A stretch of DNA of 64,000 nt from Patescibacteria group bacterium (lineage in GTDB: Bacteria > Patescibacteriota > Microgenomatia > UBA1400 > PJMF01): assembly GCA_045541795.1 (NCBI GenBank), contig JAZQJV010000019.1:7270-71269 (forward strand). Reading direction: 5' to 3'. The position numbers and the translations under genes are program-made. Of the stretch, positions 27,529 through 37,679 are shown piece after piece. A model generated the notes under the pieces. The model was not told where the DNA came from, did no database searches, and saw only the letters and a list, made by a program, of their open reading frames with translations. Numbering within the stretch: the stretch's first letter is position 1; each line of letters starts with the position of its first letter.

Positions 27529-28900
27529 TCAATTGACGCTAACCCAGGCTCTGGAGGGAATTAAAGCAAAAAAGTTTTCTGGCAGGGAAGTTTTCCAGGA
27601 TTGTTTGACGGCAATAGAGCAAAAAAACCCGGATATTCATGCTTATTTGGATGTTGCTGACGAGAATGATTTTGCAGGTGAGGATGGAGAATTTTTTGGT
27701 CTGCCTTTGGCGATTAAAGATAATTTTTGTACCAAAAAATTCCAGACTCGCGCCAGTAGCAAGGTGCTGGATGGTTTTCGTGCTCCTTATCAAGCGACCG
27801 TAGTGAATAAGTTACAACAAAGAGGTTTTTCTTTTTTGGGTAAAACTAACATGGATGCTTGGGCTCATGGCTCGAGTACTGAGACTAGTGATTATGGACC
27901 CAGTACAAATCCTCGCAACACTGCTCACGCCCCTGGTGGCAGTAGTGGTGGTTCGGCAGCGGCGGTAGCAGCGGATATGTGTTTGGCAGCTTTGGGTACG
28001 GAAACGGCAGGCAGTGTCCGGCAGCCGGCGGCTTGGTGTGGCCTTGTGGGTTTCCGGCCTTCTTATGGCCGTGCGAGCCGTTATGGTGTGATTTCAATGG
28101 CTTCTAGTACTGATGCGCCTGGTTTTTTGACAAAAACGGTTGCTGATGCGGCTTTGCTGACCCCGCTTATTTGTGGTTTTGATCCTTATGACGGTACTTC
28201 TAGTAAGGAAGAATTTCCTGATTTGAGGAAGCACTTAGTAAAGTCGCTGGCGGGTAAGAAGATTGGTTTTTTGTATCTAGATATTAAAGGTCTCGAGCCG
28301 ATGCGCGCTCATTATGAACAAGCCTGGAAAACTTTAGAAAGTTTGGGGGCACAGGTGGAACTGGCGACGGCGCGTGACCCAAATGATGCTATTGGCGTCT
28401 ATACGGTGGTCCAGCGCAGTGAAGTCAGTAGTAATTTGGGACGGTATGACGGTGTGCGCTTTGGTCATGGCCGTGACCAATTTGGAGCTGAGGCGAGACG
28501 GCGCATTATTTTGGGGACGTTTTTGCTGTCTACCGGTTACGCGGATAAATATTACTTACAAGCGCAAAAAGTACGCACTCTTTTTATGCAGGATTTGGCC
28601 CGTCTTTTTGAAAAATATGACGTGCTGGTGAGTCCGACGTCACCGTCTTTTGCTAAAGTTTTAGGTAGTAGCGAAAATTCGGCGCTTTTTGGTGAGCTGG
28701 AGGATATTTTTGTAGAACCGAGTGCGATTTGCGGTTTGCCCAGTGGCAGTGTGCCTTGTTATCATGACCCGCAAACAAATTTATATCTGGGACTCAATGT
28801 GATGGCACCCTTCCATCAAGAAGGACGAGTGATCGAGGTGATGAGCGCGTTTGAGAGCGCCACAAATTGGAATAGTTGGTTAAATCAGGATAAGGAATAG
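27518..28900 (+). CDS. gatA: Asp/Glu-tRNA(Asn/Gln) amidotransferase subunit A
   Basis: Amidase signature GGSSGGSAAAVAA. Confidence 0.9.
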   Translation: MKLNQLTLTQALEGIKAKKFSGREVFQDCLTAIEQKNPDIHAYLDVADENDFAGEDGEFFGLPLAIKDNFCTKKFQTRASSKVLDGFRAPYQATVVNKLQQRGFSFLGKTNMDAWAHGSSTETSDYGPSTNPRNTAHAPGGSSGGSAAAVAADMCLAALGTETAGSVRQPAAWCGLVGFRPSYGRASRYGVISMASSTDAPGFLTKTVADAALLTPLICGFDPYDGTSSKEEFPDLRKHLVKSLAGKKIGFLYLDIKGLEPMRAHYEQAWKTLESLGAQVELATARDPNDAIGVYTVVQRSEVSSNLGRYDGVRFGHGRDQFGAEARRRIILGTFLLSTGYADKYYLQAQKVRTLFMQDLARLFEKYDVLVSPTSPSFAKVLGSSENSALFGELEDIFVEPSAICGLPSGSVPCYHDPQTNLYLGLNVMAPFHQEGRVIEVMSAFESATNWNSWLNQDKE

Positions 28901-28902
28901 TT

Positions 28903-30237
28903 ATGTCATATCATTTGGTGTGCGGCTTAGAGATCCATACGGAGCTAAAAACTGACAGTAAAATGTTTTGTGGTTGTAAAAATGATCCTTTTGGAGCGGA
29001 AAAGCCAAATATTTACACTTGTCCGGTGTGTCTAGGTTTACCGGGAGCTTTACCGGTGGCAAATAAAAAGGCGATCGAGTGGACGATTAAATTGGGGCTG
29101 TTTTTGGGCTGTAAGATTAATTTGGACTCCAAATTTGACCGGAAGAATTATTTTTATCCTGATCTGCCTAAGAGCTATCAGATTAGTCAGTATGATTTGC
29201 CTTTTTGCTATGATGGCAAGGTAGAGACGGAATTTGGTCCGGTGCGGATTAATCGGATTCATCTTGAAGAAGATACGGCTAAACTTCTTCACCAAACTAT
29301 TGACGGCAAAAAGGTGACATTGATTGATTTCAACCGTTCGAGTGTACCGTTGGTGGAAATTGTGACTGAGCCTGACATTACTAGTAGCGCTCAGGCAAAA
29401 GCGTATGCCAAAAAAATCCAGGAAGCAGTGCGTCTTTTGGGCATTGGTGACGCTGATATGCAAAAGGGCGGGATGCGTTTGGAGGCCAATATTTCTTTGC
29501 GTGACGACGAACAGCAGCAGGCTGGAAAATTGCCAGATTATAAGGTGGAAGTGAAGAATATTAACTCTTTTAATTTCATGGGTCAGGCGATTGATTATGA
29601 GATTAAACGTCAAACTCGTCTCCTGGAACAGGGTGAAAAAATTAATCAAGAGACTCGCGGCTGGGACAGTGAGAGAAATGTGACTTTTTTACAGCGGGTG
29701 AAAGAAAACGCAGCTGATTATCGGTATTTTCCAGATCCTGATTTAGCGGTGATCCATTTTGAGCCAGAAGAAATAGAAAAGATCCGCCAGACTTTGCCCC
29801 TGACTCACGAAGCTTTAAGCGCAAAATGGCTGAGCGAGTACAAGATTGAACCTAAATATGCGCATGCGTTTATGGAGAGGGCAAACGTGACTGCGTGGGC
29901 GGAGAATTTGTGGCAGTTGGCTCAAGAAAAACAATTGGACATTAATAAATTAGCTAATTTTTTGGTCAATGGCAAACTCCCCTACTCTAGTGATGATGAA
30001 CCGTCAGCTGTGCTAGAGCGGTTTGTGCAAGCCACTGCTGTCGCTGACTCTAGTGACGATGAGCTGGAAAGCTTGATTGATCAAGTTTTATCTGCACATG
30101 AGGCTGAGGTGACACGTTACAAGGCAGGTGAAGGGAAGCTTTTGGGCTTTTTCATGGGTCAAATTATGAAAGCGGCCGGGAAAAAGCTTGATGCTGGCAA
30201 GGTTAATGGCTTGTTGCGGCAAAAATTAGCTGCTTGA
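28903..30237 (+). CDS. gatB: Asp/Glu-tRNA(Asn/Gln) amidotransferase subunit B
   Basis: GLEIHTEL...CGC...CPVCLGLPGALP N-terminus characteristic of GatB. Confidence 0.9.
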   Translation: MSYHLVCGLEIHTELKTDSKMFCGCKNDPFGAEKPNIYTCPVCLGLPGALPVANKKAIEWTIKLGLFLGCKINLDSKFDRKNYFYPDLPKSYQISQYDLPFCYDGKVETEFGPVRINRIHLEEDTAKLLHQTIDGKKVTLIDFNRSSVPLVEIVTEPDITSSAQAKAYAKKIQEAVRLLGIGDADMQKGGMRLEANISLRDDEQQQAGKLPDYKVEVKNINSFNFMGQAIDYEIKRQTRLLEQGEKINQETRGWDSERNVTFLQRVKENAADYRYFPDPDLAVIHFEPEEIEKIRQTLPLTHEALSAKWLSEYKIEPKYAHAFMERANVTAWAENLWQLAQEKQLDINKLANFLVNGKLPYSSDDEPSAVLERFVQATAVADSSDDELESLIDQVLSAHEAEVTRYKAGEGKLLGFFMGQIMKAAGKKLDAGKVNGLLRQKLAA

Positions 30238-31653
30238 TCAGTTGATTTCTACGTTTTGCGTGCTGATGCCAAGCTCTCGGTAACCAAAGAGCCGCTTGCG
30301 CATCATGGCTTTCATGATGGGCACGTTAATGTCTACGTAATCATAGACGCAGGCTTGTTTTTTGCCTGGACAGGTACGCTGTACGCGGCCCACGTATTGG
30401 ATGAGTTTGCCTTTCCAGGAAAAAGGAAAAGTGAGGAAAAGTGTGTCTGCGGCTGGCCAGTCAAAACCTTCGCCGACGACTCCGCCAGTGGCGACCATGA
30501 TTTGAAAGTGATTGCTTTTTACTTGGTCAAGTAATTCTTGACGTGTTTCTTTTTTGAGTTGTCCGGTGACGAGGACGGTAGACAGCTCTGGCTCGTTCAT
30601 GTGGATCATCATGTCAATCGCCTCGGCGTGCGCTACCCGTTCTGATAAAACAATACATTTTTTGCCTTGCTTGCAGGCCTGCAAGACGTCAGTGACTATG
30701 AGCTTGAGTCTTTCGGCGTCTAGGGATAGAAGAGTGCCGAGTTCGGTGAATTCTTTTTGATCGGCGTCTTCGATGGTGAGCGCGGTTTCCCGCCAGACGA
30801 GAGAAGTGGGGACGCGGTTGGCCGGGAGTAAGTCATGACTGTCTGAGGTGAGGACACTTGTGGGGACGATAGGTCCTATATAAAAATTCATAAGTTTATC
30901 CAATTTATCTTTGCGAAACGGTGTGGCGGTGAGGCCGAGGCAGTAACGGGCAGCAAAACCGCGCACTACTTTGGCAAAAGTGTTCGCCGGGACATGATGA
31001 CATTCGTCAACGATGACGAGGCCAAACTCATTTTTGATGGTTTTAGTGCCGCGACTTAAGAGCGTTTGGTATGAAGCGATAGTGACGCGCTCGCCAATTT
31101 TCCATTTGCCCTCACCGATTAAACCAATTTCGGCCGGATCAATTTGACAGTAATCGCTGATGCGTTTTTGCCATTGGCCAAGTAACGCTCGAGTGTGGAC
31201 GATAATCAACGTTTTTTGCGCTCGCGCGCACATGACCTCGATTCCGAGCATCGTTTTGCCAAAACCTGGTTTGGCTTCTAATATAGCGCGGTTTGGCGTG
31301 AGTAACTTTTTTTTGGCTTCTTGTTGCTCTGGTTTGAGATTGATCTTGCTGGCGATAGGTACGACGGGGGCGTCTATGCGGCGATCATCAATAATCAGCT
31401 CATCGCCGCGCCGGTGAATGTAAGAACGCAGTGTGGCACCAAAACCGAGCGGTAGATAAAACCCGCTTTTGAGTGCGCGGTAACATTTGATTTGCTTGGG
31501 GACTTTCCAGACTGAGTATCCCAGGCGAATAAGCTCACCGATTTTGGGGTTGGCAAAAGATAATGACTGGCGGATAAACTGCTCTAGGTCATTGTCTACT
31601 TGATCTGGCTTGAGGAAGATCTCGCAGTCAACGCGAGCGTGGACATCGCTCAC
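30238..31653 (-). CDS. Superfamily-2 DEAH-box helicase (ResIII / XPB-RAD25-like), orphan
   Basis: Walker A KPGFGKT, DECH box (VIVDECHHVPA), GLTATPFRKD, motif VI QYVGRVQR. The N-terminal ~110 aa are unassigned. Confidence 0.7.
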   Translation of the reverse strand: MSDVHARVDCEIFLKPDQVDNDLEQFIRQSLSFANPKIGELIRLGYSVWKVPKQIKCYRALKSGFYLPLGFGATLRSYIHRRGDELIIDDRRIDAPVVPIASKINLKPEQQEAKKKLLTPNRAILEAKPGFGKTMLGIEVMCARAQKTLIIVHTRALLGQWQKRISDYCQIDPAEIGLIGEGKWKIGERVTIASYQTLLSRGTKTIKNEFGLVIVDECHHVPANTFAKVVRGFAARYCLGLTATPFRKDKLDKLMNFYIGPIVPTSVLTSDSHDLLPANRVPTSLVWRETALTIEDADQKEFTELGTLLSLDAERLKLIVTDVLQACKQGKKCIVLSERVAHAEAIDMMIHMNEPELSTVLVTGQLKKETRQELLDQVKSNHFQIMVATGGVVGEGFDWPAADTLFLTFPFSWKGKLIQYVGRVQRTCPGKKQACVYDYVDINVPIMKAMMRKRLFGYRELGISTQNVEIN

Positions 31654-33095
31654 ACGGCCTTCCTAACTTGGCTACCGGTGGGTGTATCAATGATTTGATA
31701 ACCCAAAGCAATGATTTGATCGCGCAGATAATCAGCTCGGGCAAAATCTTTGTGAGCGCGGGCGGTTTGACGTTCCGTCAGGAGTCTGTTGGCTTCAGCG
31801 TCGTCTGTGAGAGCGCTGGAAAGTTTGGTGGCTTGCTGATATAAAGAGACCTGACGGCGCAAATCAAGACCCAAAATGTCATCCAAATCAATAATGAGAT
31901 CGAAGCGCTCGCGAGGTGTGAGGCTTGACTTGAGGATCTGATTGAACAGTGCTAGTGCTGCGGGTGAGTCAAGGTCATCGTTAATGCTTGCGAGAAACCG
32001 TGTCCGGAATTGATCGAGTTTGGCAATTCTTTCGCTGGTAATCATATCGGTATCATCGCTGTTTTGACCCAGAGCGAGATTTTGGAGGAGTCGGTTGTAC
32101 GCCGTTTGCGCTGCCTGGAGGCTACTCCACGTAAAATTTAGTTCATGCCGGTAATGAGAAGTTAAGAAAAGATAACGCAAGGCCATAGGAGTAAAGCCCT
32201 TGGCGGTAATATCTTCGAGCCGATAAATATTGCCTAGCGATTTGCTCATTTTTTGCCCATCTATACGCATAAAATTGTGATGTACCCAGAGGCGCGCAAA
32301 AGGTGTGCGACCGGTGTAGGCTTCGGCTTGGGCAATTTCATTGGTGTGGTGTACTGGGATGTGATCGACGCCACCAGTGTGGATATCGAGCGGATCACCG
32401 ATCTGATCTAGGCTCATAGCCACACATTCTAAATGCCAGCCGGGAAAGGAGCGCTCACCCCAGGGTGAAGGCCAGACCATTTGTCTGTTTTCGCCGGGCT
32501 TCTCTAATTTCCAGACGGCAAAATCCGTAGGGTGACGTTTGCCGGCGACCTTCTCTACTCTGGCACCTTCTTTGATGGTTTCGGGATTAAAACCGGCAAG
32601 GCGTCCGTAATCGTTCACTTTGCTGGTGTCAAAATAAAGTCCGTCGCCAGGAATTAGGTAAGCATAGCCTTTCTTTTCTAGACTGATAGCAATTTGTAAT
32701 TGTTGCTCGATGTATTCGCTAGCTCTAGTGACGACATCTGGATGGCGGATGTTCATAGCGGCGCAGGTGTCATAAAAATACTGTTCAAATTTGCGCGCGA
32801 TCGCAAAAACGCTGGTGTTATCTCTCCTGGCTCCTTTTTCCAGCTTATCTTCTCCAGTATCAGCATCTGAGGTGAGATGCCCAACGTCAGTGACGTTTTG
32901 GACATGTTTGACTGTGTAGCCGTCATACCTGAGTGTACGGATAAGTAAGTCATCCATCACGTAGCGGCGTAAATTGCCGATATGAGCGTAATCATAGGCA
33001 GTAATACCACAAGCATAAATGCCTATTGGCCGGTCTTTTTGCGGAATAATGTTTACTTTTCGTCTACTTAGAGAATCATAGAGTGATAATTGCAT
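31650..33095 (-). CDS. cysS: Cysteine--tRNA ligase
   Basis: Class I HIGN (YAHIGNLR) and KMSKS (KMSKSLGN) motifs. Confidence 0.92.
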   Translation of the reverse strand: MQLSLYDSLSRRKVNIIPQKDRPIGIYACGITAYDYAHIGNLRRYVMDDLLIRTLRYDGYTVKHVQNVTDVGHLTSDADTGEDKLEKGARRDNTSVFAIARKFEQYFYDTCAAMNIRHPDVVTRASEYIEQQLQIAISLEKKGYAYLIPGDGLYFDTSKVNDYGRLAGFNPETIKEGARVEKVAGKRHPTDFAVWKLEKPGENRQMVWPSPWGERSFPGWHLECVAMSLDQIGDPLDIHTGGVDHIPVHHTNEIAQAEAYTGRTPFARLWVHHNFMRIDGQKMSKSLGNIYRLEDITAKGFTPMALRYLFLTSHYRHELNFTWSSLQAAQTAYNRLLQNLALGQNSDDTDMITSERIAKLDQFRTRFLASINDDLDSPAALALFNQILKSSLTPRERFDLIIDLDDILGLDLRRQVSLYQQATKLSSALTDDAEANRLLTERQTARAHKDFARADYLRDQIIALGYQIIDTPTGSQVRKAV

Positions 33096-33115
33096 ACTGT
33101 CCTTTACTTGCTAAT

Positions 33116-34321
33116 TTACGACGGTGACATTTGCGCTTCGTGACTGGCAGACGGGTTGGCAGCATCGCTGGCTTCGGTGGGCAGCGGTGAGGTGGACGGA
33201 GTAATTTGCGGGGTCGGTGAACTGCTTTGCTTTATTGTCTCGGCTGGAGTAGAAGTGATGGGAGTAAATAATTCCTGGCCGTCAATATAAAAACCCGTCT
33301 CAAGACTTGCAGGGAAAGTCCGCGCAGAGTCAATAAGCCAGCCTAGATCAGCGGTATAGGTGACAATATAGAAGTTGGCTATATCTTGCCCCCCAACTTG
33401 CCCAGGGCGGATTTCCATGTCGACCGCAGCGGTGGTGTTGCCAGCGGCGTCATGGAGCTGAGGATTGCCGAGACGATATAAAAATTGACCTTGCTCATTA
33501 GTAATGTAATAGGTGCCGGTTTGACTAGAGTCTACGCTTAGAGGATCGTGAGCTAATTTTTGCCCGTCATCGAGTTGGAGCAAGAAGCTGAATTTATTGC
33601 TGGGCAAATTACAGCCAGCCTCCGATCCTGTAAGTGAGAGCATTTGTAAACAGGCGGTATCAAAATTGCGTCGGTCGCCGATAATGATACTAGAATTGAT
33701 ACCTTTGCCTGGTAAGACTGTATATTGTAAGTCAACATTGGGGGCTACTTCTAGATTTTGGACGGTGTCAAAACCTTGATGTCGGGCGACGACGGTTTCG
33801 GTTTGGATTTTTTCGGCGGCAGCTACGGCTTGCTCCAAATCGGTGCTTTCGGGAGAAATAGTGGATGTATCAAGTAAATCATGAGCAATATCGAGAATTT
33901 CTTGATCAGCGGCAAGTGTCTGGCCGTGGTCAAGATGGGTTTCATCGATGCTGACATTGAAAAGTTGCCACTCGAGACCGGGCTGATAGTCACTGAGCAA
34001 TTGAGTGATCGCTAACTGATCGATGAGATTGGCATTAATATCGCGATCGGTATTTTCGAGCGTGGTTTTGGTTTTTTCAAAACGCAAGAATGCCGAGGCG
34101 GGATTTTGTTTATCACCAAATTCGGCGCGGAAACCCGGATTGATGGCCAAAAATTGAGCGCGTGAGTCATCGCTGGCGGGTAGGATATTGGCGGAGAGCT
34201 GGAAATTGGCGCGCCAGCGCTCAGGCATAAAAGGAAGCGTCCAAAACCAGCGACTCGAGGCGGCCATGCCAACAAGAATGATTATCATTAAGCCTGAAAA
34301 AGATAGGATCCATTTGCGCAT
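33116..34321 (-). CDS. Hypothetical membrane-anchored extracytoplasmic protein with S/T/P-rich C-terminal tail
   Basis: N-terminal TM helix, about 330 aa globular region, and a PT-rich tail. Start 6 nt after a minus-strand TATAAT. Confidence 0.45.
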   Translation of the reverse strand: MRKWILSFSGLMIIILVGMAASSRWFWTLPFMPERWRANFQLSANILPASDDSRAQFLAINPGFRAEFGDKQNPASAFLRFEKTKTTLENTDRDINANLIDQLAITQLLSDYQPGLEWQLFNVSIDETHLDHGQTLAADQEILDIAHDLLDTSTISPESTDLEQAVAAAEKIQTETVVARHQGFDTVQNLEVAPNVDLQYTVLPGKGINSSIIIGDRRNFDTACLQMLSLTGSEAGCNLPSNKFSFLLQLDDGQKLAHDPLSVDSSQTGTYYITNEQGQFLYRLGNPQLHDAAGNTTAAVDMEIRPGQVGGQDIANFYIVTYTADLGWLIDSARTFPASLETGFYIDGQELFTPITSTPAETIKQSSSPTPQITPSTSPLPTEASDAANPSASHEAQMSPS

Positions 34322-34362
34322 ATGGCTATTATACCTCAATTCTGCAATTTTTGGCAAGCAAT

Positions 34363-34602
34363 TTAGAGTTTGATGCTTAATTCCATTTGGGGGATTACCA
34401 GATCATCACGTAGAGATTTGAGACTCTCCAGCCTTTGATAAAGATGATCGGCGCGGTCGCGGTCGAGCTGTAGTTGATAATCTTGGAGTGACGCCTGTCT
34501 GGCGGCTTTTCTTTCGAAATGTGACTGGATGATGCGTGCGATGAGAAGCACGATCAGCAAGGCAGTGAGGAAAATGAAAAGATGACGGATAAAATTGTTC
34601 AT
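34363..34602 (-). CDS. Small TM + coiled-coil protein (FtsB/DivIC-like septum protein candidate)
   Basis: About 80 aa with a TM helix (LFIFLTALLIVLLIARII) followed by a heptad-like charged segment. Confidence 0.35.
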   Translation of the reverse strand: MNNFIRHLFIFLTALLIVLLIARIIQSHFERKAARQASLQDYQLQLDRDRADHLYQRLESLKSLRDDLVIPQMELSIKL

Positions 34603-34603
34603 A

Positions 34604-35341
34604 TTACTCCAATCGGGCGTATGTTTCCAGGCTTTTTTCGGCCGTCGCGAGGATGGCATCTAGCTTGGCCTTGAGCTGATTATAACTCGCGGCAGAATTG
34701 ATGAAATTGAGATCTGGTTTGGCAGCGATCACCTGCGCTTGGAGATTAGCGAGGCTGCGGCCGGTTTCGTTGAGGACGTCTGTTTTGGTTTGTCTGTCGA
34801 TATTACCAGATGCTTCCGTCAAAATGCGGGTGGACTGTGTGTCATAAAGGGCGGCGTACTGATCAATAATACCTTTGAGTTCCAGATAATAAATTTGGGC
34901 AAAACACTGATATGCGGTCTCATGAAAATCAGCTAGAGCTTTGGTATTGCTGGTGTCCGCTTGAGACCAGGAAGAGAGGTTGGCAAATGAAGTGGGAGCA
35001 GCTTGGATGTCTCGCAAATTTGCATCGAGTTTTGCTTGCAGATCTGCCTTGACCGTATCATCGACGATATACGTGTCTACCAAGGATCGTAAGTAGGTGG
35101 CATATTTGATGGCAGCGTCAGAGCGCGCCTGGTAAGCAGAGTTGGCGCTTGCCAAAACAGTAGTGAAATCTGTACCCGCGCCTGTTTGATAGAGTTGACG
35201 GTCGCGATCAAATTGGGCTTGGCGCTGCTTGTAGGTGACCATCGCACTTTGATAGACCGCTGGATTGACCTGAGCCCTAGTCACGCTCGCCCAGCTCAAA
35301 CTCGCGAGTGCCAAGATAGTAATAAATTGTAAGCGACGCAT
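34604..35341 (-). CDS. Secreted all-alpha hypothetical protein (signal peptide)
   Basis: N-terminus MRRLQFITILALASLSWASVTRAQ is a Sec signal peptide. Confidence 0.45.
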   Translation of the reverse strand: MRRLQFITILALASLSWASVTRAQVNPAVYQSAMVTYKQRQAQFDRDRQLYQTGAGTDFTTVLASANSAYQARSDAAIKYATYLRSLVDTYIVDDTVKADLQAKLDANLRDIQAAPTSFANLSSWSQADTSNTKALADFHETAYQCFAQIYYLELKGIIDQYAALYDTQSTRILTEASGNIDRQTKTDVLNETGRSLANLQAQVIAAKPDLNFINSAASYNQLKAKLDAILATAEKSLETYARLE

Positions 35342-35350
35342 GCGCTTATT

Positions 35351-36106
35351 TTACTCTTTTGGGGCAGTTTTTTCAAGTGGCAAAAGCGGTGCTTTACCTT
35401 TTGCCTGAGCGCGGACAAAATCAGTAGCGGCAAAAAGTGATTCAAAGGTACCACAGTCGTACCAGCGGCCATCAATAATGCGTACATCGAGTGTACCTTC
35501 TTTGAGATAGGCCTTGTGGACGTCTACTATTTCTAGCTCGCCACGTGCGGATGGCTTGATTTTTTTGGCTTTGGCCACGACTGAGTTATCATAGATATAC
35601 ATCCCAGGGATGGCGTAGTTACTCTTGGGTTTTTGCGGTTTTTCTTCAATGGAGGTAACTTTGCCGTCTTGATTGAAGGCCACGATCCCAAAACGCTCAG
35701 GATCAGACACCCTCTTGGCAAAGATCCGACCGCCTTTTTTGAAGGAACGAATATCTTCGCTAAAATCGTATTCAAATAAGTTGTCGCCCAAGATCAAGGT
35801 GACGTCATCATCACCAATAAAACGCTCGCCGATCGTGAAAGCCTGAGCAAGGCCTGCCGGGGATTGCTGGACGATATAGGAAAACTTAGCACCGTATTTG
35901 CTGCCGTCACCGAGTAAATTGAGGAAGTCGCCGGCGTTTTTGGGGGCGACGATGATCAAAATGTCATTAATGCCGCCGTCTGTCAGTGTCTTGATGGGAT
36001 AATGGATCATGGGCTGATCGTACACGGGCAAAAGCTGTTTGCTGGTGATGTTGGTTAAAGGGCGGAGCCTGGTGCCGGCGCCGCCAGCGAGGACGATTCC
36101 TTTCAT
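35351..36106 (-). CDS. rmlA: Glucose-1-phosphate thymidylyltransferase / sugar nucleotidyltransferase (short form)
   Basis: MKGIVLAGGAGTRLRPLT...SKQLLPVYDQPMIHYP...LGDGSKYG...IVQ..P.GLAQAF. Confidence 0.75.
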   Translation of the reverse strand: MKGIVLAGGAGTRLRPLTNITSKQLLPVYDQPMIHYPIKTLTDGGINDILIIVAPKNAGDFLNLLGDGSKYGAKFSYIVQQSPAGLAQAFTIGERFIGDDDVTLILGDNLFEYDFSEDIRSFKKGGRIFAKRVSDPERFGIVAFNQDGKVTSIEEKPQKPKSNYAIPGMYIYDNSVVAKAKKIKPSARGELEIVDVHKAYLKEGTLDVRIIDGRWYDCGTFESLFAATDFVRAQAKGKAPLLPLEKTAPKE

Positions 36107-37518
36107 GATTGCCTTTCTGGATCTGCAATTTGCAAATTAACTTCTTCTAGCTGCCTAGGGGTGACGGGAGCAGGAGCATCCATGATGGCTGTCTTGCCGG
36201 AGCCAGTGGTGGGGAAAGCAACCATTTCTTTGCATGAATTTTCCCCAGCTAGTACCATGGCAAGACGATCGAGTCCTAAGGCGATACCACCATGTGGCGG
36301 GGTGCCGTAGTCGAAGGCTTCTAGCATATGCCCGACGCTGGCTTGGATTTCAGCATCAGTATAGCCCATGATTTTGTAGGTGGCGGTGAGAATTTCTCTG
36401 GTGTGAGCGCGTAAGCTGCCGCCACCGACTTCAAATCCATTGCAGACGAGATCGTATTGCGCCGTGATGATATGCTCGAGATTGCGGCCCGCTAGATGAT
36501 CTTCTAGGTATTCTGGAAGTGGCATGGAGAAGGGATTGTGAGTAAATGTCCACCCACTCTTGCCATCAATCACTTCGGCGGCGTCACTTTTGTCGACTTT
36601 TTTGAAGAACGGGAAACCTACTACCCAAGCAAAAGCCAGCGTACCGTCTTTTTTCTCAGCTTCTGAGCGCAAATCAAAGCGGTCGGCGCCAAATTTTTGC
36701 ATGGCTTCATCATATTGGTAGACGGGGAACGGATCTTTTTGGAAATGATAACCCATACCGCTCAAGACTTTCTTGACGACCTTTTCCATGAGACTCATCA
36801 CGTCTTCTACCTGGTAGACGTAGCTCATTTCGAGATCAAGCTGAGTGAGTTCAAAAAGCCGGTCAGCGCGCAAATCTTCATCGCGAAAACAGCGTGCGAC
36901 CTGGAAGTAACGCTCAAATCCTGAGGTCATGAGTAATTGCTTGTATTGCTGAGGGCTTTGGGGTAAAGCATAAAAATCGCCAGGATGCAGACGTGAGGGG
37001 ACGAGAAAATCACGCGCACCTTCTTTGGTGGCTTTAGAAAGGATCGGCGTTTCAATTTCGATAAAGTCTTCGTCGTATAGTGCCAAGCGGAGATTCTTGA
37101 TGAGTTCATGACGTAAGCGGATATTGCGCGTCATCCGGTCGCGGCGTAGATCTAGATAGCGGTAGCGCAGGCGGACGTCTTCGCTGACCTCATAACCATC
37201 ACCTTCTACCAGGATAGGCAAGTCTTTGGCCATGGAGAGGACTTTGTAGTCGCTCACTTCGAGCTCGACGCTACCGGTGGCGAGATTGGGGTTAATCTGG
37301 CTTTGGGGGCGGGCATTAACTTTGCCTGTAACCTGGATGACGGATTCGGTTTTGAGCTCGCGCAACATCTTATAGCCGACAATTTGGATTTTACCAGTGC
37401 GGTCGCGCAAATCCACAAAAGTGACTTTGCCGTGGTCACGTTTGGTGGCGACAAAGCCCTCAAGTGTGACTGTGTGGCCAACTAAATTAACAGTATCTTT
37501 GATCAACGTTCTTGACAT
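36103..37518 (-). CDS. aspS: Aspartate--tRNA ligase, GAD-less short form (likely non-discriminating, given gatCAB)
   Basis: Class II motif 2 FRDEDLRADR and motif 3 GGGSLRAH..GLDRL. 471 aa without a GAD insertion. TGATATAAT is immediately adjacent, so leaderless. Confidence 0.8.
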   Translation of the reverse strand: MSRTLIKDTVNLVGHTVTLEGFVATKRDHGKVTFVDLRDRTGKIQIVGYKMLRELKTESVIQVTGKVNARPQSQINPNLATGSVELEVSDYKVLSMAKDLPILVEGDGYEVSEDVRLRYRYLDLRRDRMTRNIRLRHELIKNLRLALYDEDFIEIETPILSKATKEGARDFLVPSRLHPGDFYALPQSPQQYKQLLMTSGFERYFQVARCFRDEDLRADRLFELTQLDLEMSYVYQVEDVMSLMEKVVKKVLSGMGYHFQKDPFPVYQYDEAMQKFGADRFDLRSEAEKKDGTLAFAWVVGFPFFKKVDKSDAAEVIDGKSGWTFTHNPFSMPLPEYLEDHLAGRNLEHIITAQYDLVCNGFEVGGGSLRAHTREILTATYKIMGYTDAEIQASVGHMLEAFDYGTPPHGGIALGLDRLAMVLAGENSCKEMVAFPTTGSGKTAIMDAPAPVTPRQLEEVNLQIADPERQS

Positions 37519-37570
37519 GTGCATATTATATCATGGAAATGGAGGAATTAGACATGACTTTGTGTAACTG

Positions 37571-37670
37571 ACTATTAACGCAGAATTTGCGTAAATAATT
37601 GCGGTAATTATGCGTTAATAAATTGATCATTGCAAATTTTGCGGTAAAAATGCGTTAATTATGCGGAAAT
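37571..37670. promoter_or_regulatory. Array of 6-7 TGCG(T/G)TAA octamers in two 11-bp-phased triplets upstream of aspS
   Basis: Copies start at 37588, 37600, 37611 and at 37640, 37651, 37662, with an inverted copy TTAACGCA at 37575. Confidence 0.5.
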
Positions 37671-37679
37671 AGCTTACCG

